Source of the DNA: Candidatus Aminicenantes bacterium
GTDB lineage: Bacteria; Acidobacteriota; Aminicenantia; Aminicenantales; Saccharicenantaceae
Assembly: GCA_963807525.1 (NCBI GenBank)
Contig: CAWECI010000008.1
Coordinates: forward strand, 33,011 to 97,010
DNA: 64,000 nt
Direction: 5' to 3'
The position numbers and the translations under genes are program-made. Positions 45,375-52,235 of the stretch are shown in pieces (the first letter of the stretch is position 1; each line of letters begins with the position of its first letter). The notes under the pieces were generated by a model that was not told the DNA's origin, did not search any database, and saw nothing but the letters and a program-made list of their open reading frames with translations.

Positions 45375-46266
45375 TTAGATCAAGACATCATCGAGCCAGC
45401 CGAGCTTGACGAGCTCGATCTTGGCGGGATCCGATCGTCCCGATCCCGTATCTCGTGTCCGCGAGCTGGATGTGCTTGGGGACCGGCGGGATCTCCTGGT
45501 CGGGCCCCAGCTCGATCCGCCGCTTGGCCATGATCAGCCGGAGGCCGACGGAATCCACGGCCACGGGGTCCCGGCCGACGATGAGGCCCTTGTAGTTCCA
45601 GACGTAGCGGCGGCTGAAATTGTGGGGGCCCCGGCCGTGGAACTGCGGCGTCAGGGCGCAGAGGACGTTCAGGCGCGTCTTGCCCTTGACCTGGGGTAGA
45701 AGGAAGTTCGATCCGAGCGAAGCGCAGCTGTCGGGGTGATGGGCCTCCTGGGACTCGGCGAACATGATGTAGTTCTTGATGCAGCCCGACATGCCGGCCA
45801 GGTAATGGGTCCGGACCGGACGGGCGTTGATCAGGGCCGTCGCCCGCAGGAAAAGCGGGTTCGTCCGGACGGTGTGGTCGTCGAGACCGACGTTGGCTTC
45901 GGCGACGCCGGCGTCGAGGACGCGGCGCTTGAGGGCCTTTTCGACCGGGGCGGGCGTCGGCAGGAACGACCAGACGTTGGTCTTGATGCCGACGACGTCC
46001 TCTGGCTTGACCAGTTGCTTGAAGGCCCCGACCGGATCGGCCGCGTCGAGGAGCTTCACGACCGCCTCGTCCAGCATCTGCTGGATGACCGCTTCGTTGA
46101 AGGCGCTGTTCGCGTCGAGGGCGTCGGGATGGCGGATGAGGACGACCCGGGTCTTCCCTCCCGCGGGCCCCGCAGCGGTCTGGCCGAAAGCCGCGGACGC
46201 TCCGAGAGCGGCGGCGGCGGTTCCCCAAATGAAGTCGCGACGGGTCATGGGCACTGTCATGGTCAC
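45375..46266 (-). CDS. Tat-signal DUF362 domain protein; C-terminal 20 codons displaced by a 1-nt frame break near 45435
   Basis: MTRRDFIWGTAAAALGASA Tat signal. DUF362-like body. The track ORF ends ..GIGTIGSRQDRARQARLAR. Skipping one base gives GIGTSDPAKIELVKLGWLDDVLI-stop (TAA at 45377..45375), the usual DUF362 C-terminus. Confidence 0.75.
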
Positions 46267-47171
46267 CTCTTCGGAGCGGACCCCTGGATAGCGGCGGCGG
46301 CGAGCCGCTCGGCGTATTCCTTCGACGGGGCTTCGAATACGGCCGCGAGCAGGGCCCCGCTCGAGTGCAGGGACACCCAGCCCTTGCGTTCCGTCCGGGC
46401 CGTCCCGCCGGCGTCCGCCCCGGGCAGGAACGCCGCGCGGAACGATCGGGCGGCGGCCTCGGATCCGGTCGCCCCGGGGTACTGGACGAGAAGCAGCTTG
46501 GCCGAGCCGCCGCGCCCGTCGTCGTATTCAGCGAACACGCAGGCCGTCTTCTCGTCGAGGTTCAGGATGTTCTCGGAGGAAACATAATACCGGTTGCTGA
46601 GATGGACGTTATTGTGAAAGTAGGCCGTCCGCTCGGCTTTCAGGCCGTCCGCGGGCAGCAGCCCGAGCATGCCGGGGCGAGGCCCGTCGGGGCCGAGAAG
46701 AGGGGCGGCGGCTTTTCCCAAGGCCAGCACCGCGGCCTCCGCCTTATCCTCGTTCCCGGCCACGGTGACCGAGACGAAATAACGGCCGCGCCAGAAGCGG
46801 AGGAGACCGGGCCCGTACTCGGAATCCTGGCCGATCCCGGCCCCGGGATCCTGCCGGTCGCAGGAGAACATGCCGAAGGCCTCGGCCGGCGAGCCCATGT
46901 CATAGATATCGAGGACGAGCTCGTCCCCGGCCGGGTTGGCGTACTTGCGGACGAAAACCTCCCGGAAGTCGAAGGCCAGGTAAACCTCGGCCCCGCCGTC
47001 CATGTAGCCGTAGAGGGTCTTCCGGTCGTAGACCGCGTCCTCGCCCGAGGCCTTCCACTCGAGGATCTGTCGGGGGATCTTGGGGCCGAATTCCTTGGGG
47101 TTCACGGCGCCTCCGGCAAGGGAGATCAAAACTAGAACGGCCGCGGGGGCCGGCCAAACAACAGATCGCAT
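46263..47171 (-). CDS. secreted hypothetical protein (DUF6599-like), first gene of the DUF362 / LVIVD string
   Basis: Signal peptide MRSVVWPAPAAVLVLISLAGGA from ATG 47171. ATGA overlap with the next gene. The track start 47186 lies inside the -10 box. Confidence 0.6.
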   Translation of the reverse strand: MRSVVWPAPAAVLVLISLAGGAVNPKEFGPKIPRQILEWKASGEDAVYDRKTLYGYMDGGAEVYLAFDFREVFVRKYANPAGDELVLDIYDMGSPAEAFGMFSCDRQDPGAGIGQDSEYGPGLLRFWRGRYFVSVTVAGNEDKAEAAVLALGKAAAPLLGPDGPRPGMLGLLPADGLKAERTAYFHNNVHLSNRYYVSSENILNLDEKTACVFAEYDDGRGGSAKLLLVQYPGATGSEAAARSFRAAFLPGADAGGTARTERKGWVSLHSSGALLAAVFEAPSKEYAERLAAAAIQGSAPKR

Positions 47172-47181
47172 AGCGAAAATA

Positions 47182-47211
47182 ACCATAGCGGAAGGACGGA
47201 CGGCCTGTCAA
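47182..47211 (-). promoter_or_regulatory. sigma70-type promoter giving a near-leaderless mRNA
   Basis: The minus strand reads TTGACA-18 nt-TATGGT, then 10 nt to ATG 47171. Confidence 0.45.
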
Positions 47212-47280
47212 ATGGATCCGGGTCGCGCGACGAACCGGGTCGCAGCCCGAACAGCCGGTCCCCGCATGCGCGGCCTGATA

Positions 47281-47439
47281 TCAGTTGATCTTGCGGCGGA
47301 AGGAGGCCCGGGCCTCGCGCCAAGCCCTTTTTCGGGCTTCCTCGTAGACGGGGACAAGCTCACCCCTCTTGAGCAGAGCGAGGAACAGGAGCGCGTAATC
47401 CCAGGTGCTGTCCTTTAGACGTCTTACTGTTTTTGCCAT
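47281..47439 (-). CDS. 52-aa basic helical small protein (not in the ORF track)
   Basis: MAKTVRRLKDSTWDYALLFLALLKRGELVPVYEEARKRAWREARASFRRKIN. It lies immediately downstream of a sigma54-type promoter. There is no SD, so the call is tentative. Confidence 0.35.
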   Translation of the reverse strand: MAKTVRRLKDSTWDYALLFLALLKRGELVPVYEEARKRAWREARASFRRKIN

Positions 47440-47454
47440 GGTATCTACCGATAT

Positions 47455-47470
47455 AGCAAAAAATATGCCA
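47455..47470 (-). promoter_or_regulatory. sigma54 (RpoN) -24/-12 promoter
   Basis: The minus strand reads TGGCAT-ATTTT-TTGCT with canonical spacing. The predicted TSS is only about 5 nt before ATG 47439. Confidence 0.6.
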
Positions 47471-47616
47471 TCCCGGCGGCCGGCCCCCCTCGGGGCGCAT
47501 CCCTGGGCCGTCTGATACTCCCCGGCCTGACGGCCCCGGTCTCCTCCGGGACAAGAACATCGTCCCGACCGGCAGGAACCGGGCTGTAAGGCTCTTTTAC
47601 GAGGCCGGAGTCGGGT

Positions 47617-48048
47617 TCAAGCCTTCTTCGGGTAGGTGTAGCTGACCATCCAGCCGACGCCGAACTTATCCGTCAAGCTGCCGTAATAGTCGCCCCAGGG
47701 CTGATCGGCGATCGGCATCTCGACCTGGCCGCCCGCCGCCAAGGCTTTGAAGATCCGGCCGGCTTCGTCCTTGCTGTCGGCTTGAACGGAGATGTAGGCG
47801 TTGTTGCCCGTCACGAGCTTCCTCCCCAGCGACTCCGGAACGTCGCTGGCCATGAGCACATCGGTCCCGACCGGCAGGGCGACGTGCATAAGCTTGTCCC
47901 GGTCCCGCGCCCCGAGCGGCGCGCCAGGCATGGGCATGTCCTTGAAGCGGACCAGGGCGCTGAAATCGCCGCCGAAGACGCCCTTGTAGAACTTGAGGGC
48001 GTCCTCCGCGTTGCCCGCAAAATTGAGATAGATATTGAGTTTGGTCAT
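47617..48048 (-). CDS. VOC / glyoxalase-fold protein (PhnB-like)
   Basis: ..YLNFAGNAEDALKFYKGVFGG.. and ..PWGDYYGSLTDKFGVGWMV.. are typical PhnB-like signatures. Confidence 0.8.
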   Translation of the reverse strand: MTKLNIYLNFAGNAEDALKFYKGVFGGDFSALVRFKDMPMPGAPLGARDRDKLMHVALPVGTDVLMASDVPESLGRKLVTGNNAYISVQADSKDEAGRIFKALAAGGQVEMPIADQPWGDYYGSLTDKFGVGWMVSYTYPKKA

Positions 48049-48091
48049 CGACCCCCCTTTCGAAAATAATGGCCTGGACGGCCTGCGGAGC

Positions 48092-49009
48092 CTAGCCCCG
48101 GAAGGCCTTTTCCAATTCGTTGAGATCGAGCTTTTTCATCTTGAGGAACGCCTCGGTGACCCGTTCGACCTTGTTCGGATCGGGATCGCGGAGCATTTGG
48201 GCAAGCCGCTGGGGCGCGATCTGCCAGGAGACGCCGAACCGGTCCTTGAGCCAGCCGCACATGCCCTCCTGGCCTCCGGCGGACGTAAGCTTGGCCCAGA
48301 ACCGGTCGATCTCCTTCTGGCTTTCGCAGGGCCGCAGGAACGACACGGCCTCGTTGAAGCCGAACTGATGGTCGAGCGCGCTGTCCATGGCCGCGAAACC
48401 CAGGCCCTCGAGCGTGAAGGCCGCATGCTTGATCGAGCCGGCCCGGTCCGGCTCTTCGCCCTGGCCGTACCGGAGAATGTCGCCGATCCCCGAATCCCCG
48501 AACACGGAGGCATAGAAACGGATCGCTTCTTCCGCCTTCCCGGCCTGCGGTCCGACGTACATGAGCGTTGGCACGATCTTCTGGCGGATCTCGCGCCCCC
48601 CCATGGCCATCACCTGCCAGGACAGGCCGTAGCGGTCCGCGGTCCAGCCGTACCGTTCGCTGAAAGGATAGGCGCCCAGATCCATCAAAGGCCCGCCCCC
48701 GGCGGCCAGCCGGTCCCAGAGGGCATCGACCTCCCCGGGCGTCTTGCAAGCGATCAGGAAGGACACGGACGGGTTGAACTTGAACAAAGGGCCGCCGTTG
48801 ATGCCGACGAAATCCTGTCCCGCCAGCTGGAACGGGAGGCTCATGGCCGTGCCCTCCGGCAGGCCGTGGATCTCGAAGCCGGCCTTGGTGGCCCGGATCG
48901 GATCTCCCACCCCGGAGTTCTTGAAGAGGGTGGCATAGAAGGCCGCCGCCTCCTCGGCTTGGCGGTCAAACCACAAGTTCGGAACAAGCTTGCAGGCCGG
49001 ATATGTCAT
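48092..49009 (-). CDS. tandem-duplicated VOC-fold protein (3-demethylubiquinone-9 3-methyltransferase-like domain x2)
   Basis: Two halves, each with ..AEEA..FY..F.. and ..D.FG.SWQ.. motifs. ATG 49009 has a GGGGAG SD; the track start 49015 is TTG. Confidence 0.8.
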   Translation of the reverse strand: MTYPACKLVPNLWFDRQAEEAAAFYATLFKNSGVGDPIRATKAGFEIHGLPEGTAMSLPFQLAGQDFVGINGGPLFKFNPSVSFLIACKTPGEVDALWDRLAAGGGPLMDLGAYPFSERYGWTADRYGLSWQVMAMGGREIRQKIVPTLMYVGPQAGKAEEAIRFYASVFGDSGIGDILRYGQGEEPDRAGSIKHAAFTLEGLGFAAMDSALDHQFGFNEAVSFLRPCESQKEIDRFWAKLTSAGGQEGMCGWLKDRFGVSWQIAPQRLAQMLRDPDPNKVERVTEAFLKMKKLDLNELEKAFRG

Positions 49010-49032
49010 GACCAATCTCCCCTTAAGGTATC

Positions 49033-49048
49033 ATCAAGAAACGTGCCA
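49033..49048 (-). promoter_or_regulatory. possible sigma54-type promoter with a degenerate -12 box
   Basis: The minus strand reads TGGCACG-TTTC-TTGAT. The -24 half is perfect, but the -12 has GA instead of GC. It is correctly placed about 25 nt before ATG 49009. Confidence 0.3.
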
Positions 49049-49199
49049 AAATCAGCGCTGACTGAGGGGAGAGCAGCGGCTCAGGGCCTCCGGGCCGCGG
49101 CCGGCCCGGGCCTCAAAAGCTCGCAAAGATGGAACTCGGCCCGGACATCGGATCCCGGCCGCACGAGGACGGCCGGGGGGGTCGCCGGGGCGGCGCCGG

Positions 49200-49856
49200 C
49201 TAGGCTGGCGGGAGCGGCGCCGGCTTTCGCCCTGCGATGAACGACGCGCCAAAGGCCCCCGCGCCGACGACGAGCAGCACCAGCGCCGGGACGATCAGGA
49301 TCCCTTTCGCCCCGGACGACGGCTTCGGCAGGACATAGCTCACGATCTTGCGCGAGGCGTCCCATTTCGCCCCGGTGGCCTTGGCCGGCAGGAACAGCCG
49401 GCTGTTGCCCCGGAGGCTGCCCGCGTCTCCCTGGCCGGCTTCCGTGAAGTAGAGGGTCCCCTTGTCCTCGTCGAGGTTGCTGAAGCTCTCGCCGGGGCTG
49501 ACGTCGATCTCCCAGTGGTTGCCCAGGTTCCTGGCCGCGCCGAGCTGCCGGATGGTGAAGGTCAGCGTCCGCGACGAATCGTCCCAGTCGGCCTTCCGTT
49601 GGACGACCTCGACCGCGGCCCGGTTCGAGGCCAGGTCGCGCAGGAAGAGATAGAGGTTGCTGACGCTCGACCGCAGGCTCTGGTACTTCTCCATGGGCAG
49701 GGTCAGCTTCAGGACGAGGTCGAGGTCCCCGACGGGAGAAAGCGTGTACGTCCCGTCGAAACTGATCTCCTGGGCCCGGGCCGCCGGCGCGGCGAGCAGG
49801 AGGACCAGCGCCGCAGCCCCGATGACCGTCGTTCTCAGGAAGTGGCTGTGTCTCAT
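49200..49856 (-). CDS. secreted protein with C-terminal TM anchor, unknown function
   Basis: AAGGAG SD before ATG 49856. Signal peptide ..LVLLLAAPAARAQ. C-terminal helix GILIVPALVLLVVGAGAFGASFI. Confidence 0.55.
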   Translation of the reverse strand: MRHSHFLRTTVIGAAALVLLLAAPAARAQEISFDGTYTLSPVGDLDLVLKLTLPMEKYQSLRSSVSNLYLFLRDLASNRAAVEVVQRKADWDDSSRTLTFTIRQLGAARNLGNHWEIDVSPGESFSNLDEDKGTLYFTEAGQGDAGSLRGNSRLFLPAKATGAKWDASRKIVSYVLPKPSSGAKGILIVPALVLLVVGAGAFGASFIAGRKPAPLPPA

Positions 49857-49876
49857 GGTTCGTCTCCTTGCCCGCG

Positions 49877-51466
49877 TCACTGCCGCACCAGGACGAGGTT
49901 CGCGGTGATGCCCATGGCGTTGGCGAACTGCCCCCGCAGCCCGCCGGATACGACCTGGAGGGCCAGCCGGTAGGGCAGGCCCTGGGCCGGCATGACCATG
50001 CCGTCGATCGAGATCTGGGCCTGCTGGCAGACGGCCTGGATGGCGGCGCCATCAAAGGTGCCCTGGAACGGGTTCTGTTCCCGGACCTGGTGCGCCATGC
50101 CGTCCTGGCCCGTCTGCTGGTAGGCGAAGACGAAGACGAGCCGGACCTGGCCGCCCTGCTGGGCTATCTGGCAGACACCGGTCTGGGATTGGCCGTTCGG
50201 CAGGGTGATCTGGCAGCCCCAATTCCCGGTCAAAGAGCCTCCGGGGTTCGGGGCCGCCTGGCCGTATCCCTGCTGGACGGGGGCTCCCCGGCCGGCCGGG
50301 GCCCCTCGTTCCGCGATCTCCATGATGCCCCATTTCTCGAGGATGTCGGCCGGCAGCGGATCGAGCTCGGGATTGCCGACGCCGGCCACCCAGAAGGCCC
50401 GGACATCGACGATGTTGAAGCGCCCGGTCTTCATGATCCCGTCCCAGGTCTTCGACGCGCTCTTGACGGCCTCCTCGAAGCTCATGCTCTGCGCGTACCC
50501 GTCCCCGACGCCGGTGGCCTCGACGGGCAGGATACCGCCCTTGGGCAGGCGGGCCGCGGGGAAGCAGTGGCCGTCCATGCTCACGAGCAGCGGCTCGATG
50601 TTGACCGAGTTCATGAGCGCCGCCATCAAGATGGCCAGGTCGATGCACGTCCCGCTCCGCTTCTCGATGGTGTCGCGCGGGAACTGGAGGCTCTGGACCG
50701 ACTTGATGTCGTAGGACATATTCGGGTCTTGGATGTTCGAGGGATGCTGGTAGCTGATGTGGATCGTCCGCATCATCTCGTAGAGCTGCCGGAGGACGGC
50801 GACGCAGTCGTCGTTGCTGCTCGAGGCGCCCAACCCGCCGGCCTTCTTGTTGGCCAACGAGGCCAGGCGGCCGACGACGGCGTCGTCGCTGCGCGAGACC
50901 CAGGCCGCGAACAAGGGATAATTGGTGTCCTCGTCCTGGTAGGCCCCGGTCCTTTCTTCGGCGGTCATGTCGGAGAAAAAGAACTCGTACCGGCTCATGA
51001 CGGTCACCCGGCGCGAGTCGGTGAACGTCTGCTTCTTGCCGCCGGCGTCGGTGTACTCATATTCGACATACAGGTCGGCCGGGGCCCGGCTGGTCAGGCG
51101 GGCCGTCTGGGCCGTGAAGATCGGGTAGTAGAGATCCACGACCGTCTGGCCGGGGTCCACGGCCGGGACCTGGTGCCAGTTGCTCCAGTCGGACTCGGCG
51201 TACTCGGACACGCGGTAATGGACGCGCAGGTTCGACAAGCGCCCGCGGGTGGTGTTGTGGAAGACCGACTTGGCCAGCCACATCGGCACCGGGCAATCCC
51301 GCGAACCATAGGCCTTGTAGGCGCCGCCGATGACCCGGTCCTTGAACTTCAGGTCGAACGCGACCTCGCCGCCGGCCTTCGGTCCCAGCAGCAGGCCCAG
51401 GATGCCCAGGATGAGACCCAGGCCGAAAAGGGCGCCGCCGACGATCTTGAGGGTGGCCGGCTTCAT
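49877..51466 (-). CDS. N-terminally anchored transglutaminase-like (papain-fold Cys) domain protein
   Basis: TM helix IVGGALFGLGLILGILGLLLG. ..EKRSGTCIDLAILMAALMNS.. resembles the transglutaminase-core Cys region. Confidence 0.6.
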   Translation of the reverse strand: MKPATLKIVGGALFGLGLILGILGLLLGPKAGGEVAFDLKFKDRVIGGAYKAYGSRDCPVPMWLAKSVFHNTTRGRLSNLRVHYRVSEYAESDWSNWHQVPAVDPGQTVVDLYYPIFTAQTARLTSRAPADLYVEYEYTDAGGKKQTFTDSRRVTVMSRYEFFFSDMTAEERTGAYQDEDTNYPLFAAWVSRSDDAVVGRLASLANKKAGGLGASSSNDDCVAVLRQLYEMMRTIHISYQHPSNIQDPNMSYDIKSVQSLQFPRDTIEKRSGTCIDLAILMAALMNSVNIEPLLVSMDGHCFPAARLPKGGILPVEATGVGDGYAQSMSFEEAVKSASKTWDGIMKTGRFNIVDVRAFWVAGVGNPELDPLPADILEKWGIMEIAERGAPAGRGAPVQQGYGQAAPNPGGSLTGNWGCQITLPNGQSQTGVCQIAQQGGQVRLVFVFAYQQTGQDGMAHQVREQNPFQGTFDGAAIQAVCQQAQISIDGMVMPAQGLPYRLALQVVSGGLRGQFANAMGITANLVLVRQ

Positions 51467-51621
51467 GGCCGGACTCCGGAAAGGACAAAAGAAAAGAGAC
51501 CCAGCGGTGAACCCATGGGAAGGCCTCCTTGGAAGATTGGCCCTATCATCGTCAAGTGACCGGGGCTTGTCAAGGGCCGTCGGGACCTAGAGAGGAGCCC
51601 GAAAAGGGACCGTCGCCGGGC

Positions 51622-51649
51622 TTGACACCGGAGTCGGACGTGCTATAGT
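51622..51649 (+). promoter_or_regulatory. near-consensus sigma70 promoter of the RiPP-like cassette
   Basis: TTGACA-16 nt-TATAGT in a GC-rich intergenic region, about 70 nt upstream of ATG 51723. Confidence 0.55.
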
Positions 51650-51722
51650 TCAGCCATCTTGTCTGCCGTCAGGGGCGGCGGATCCGTCGCCCGCCAACTG
51701 ACGGACATGGAGGTGCAGCGCC

Positions 51723-51878
51723 ATGGAAGACCGCGATCGTCCCAAGGATCTCCAAGAGCCCGAGACCGGGAAACGATCCTACGACCCGCCCGAGGCGAAT
51801 GTCATCCCCGTCAAGCTCGAGGACCGGGTCCTCGGCTGCAATTTCTCCACGATCAGCGTTTGCGAGCTGACGGAGTAG
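51723..51878 (+). CDS. 51-aa candidate RiPP precursor peptide (not in the ORF track)
   Basis: GGAGGTG lies 7 nt before the ATG. MEDRDRPKDLQEPETGKRSYDPPEANVIPVKLEDRVLGCNFSTISVCELTE has an acidic leader-like N-terminus and a Cys-containing C-terminus. It sits directly upstream of PqqD and rSAM/SPASM genes. The overlapping 77-aa track ORF (51659..51892) is an Arg-rich wrong-frame read. Confidence 0.6.
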   Translation: MEDRDRPKDLQEPETGKRSYDPPEANVIPVKLEDRVLGCNFSTISVCELTE

Positions 51879-51893
51879 GATCGGCTCTCTAGC

Positions 51894-51937
51894 GGAAGCC
51901 CGGGCTTCCCTCCTCCGTGATCCCGCCCGTCGCGGGA
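51894..51937 (+). terminator. two intercistronic stem-loops (possible partial terminator / attenuator between precursor and enzymes)
   Basis: The perfect 16-nt palindrome GGAAGCCCGGGCTTCC (51894-51909) and TCCCGC-CCGTC-GCGGGA (51921-51937), within the 90-nt gap. Confidence 0.35.
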
Positions 51938-51968
51938 GAGGTTGAGGTTCGCCTGGACATCCAAAGGC

Positions 51969-52235
51969 ATGAAGAGAAACCAGGATTGCGTGCTCAGGGA
52001 CATCGGCGGCCAAGCCCTGCTCGTCCCGGTCGGGGCCAAAGTCAAGGACATGAACGCCCTGATCACGCTCAACCCGACGGGCCGCCGCGTCTGGGAGCTT
52101 CTGGCCGAGGACCGGACGCCGGAAGCCCTGATCGAGAGGATCACGGCCGAATTCGAGGCCGATCCGGCAAGGGTCCAAGCCGATGTCCGGGCCTTTCTCG
52201 AGCGTCTCGAACAGCTGGGATTGGTCGAGCCGTGA
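51969..52235 (+). CDS. PqqD-family peptide chaperone (RiPP recognition element)
   Basis: 88 aa: ..ALLVPVG....MNALITLNPTGRRVWELLAEDRTPEALIERITAEFEADPARVQADVRAFLERLEQLGLV is the typical PqqD/RRE pattern. ATG 51969 is preferred to TTG 51942. Confidence 0.8.
   Translation: MKRNQDCVLRDIGGQALLVPVGAKVKDMNALITLNPTGRRVWELLAEDRTPEALIERITAEFEADPARVQADVRAFLERLEQLGLVEP

Noticed and set aside
43903-45378. 491-aa plus-strand ORF
   Set aside because: It is antisense to the LVIVD-repeat gene.
49868-51559. 563-aa plus-strand ORF
   Set aside because: It is antisense to the transglutaminase-like gene.
51659-51892. 77-aa track ORF overlapping the RiPP precursor region
   Set aside because: It is Arg/Gly/Pro-rich with no SD. 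The alternative frame (51723..51878) has a GGAGGTG SD, sensible composition, and the position expected of a precursor.
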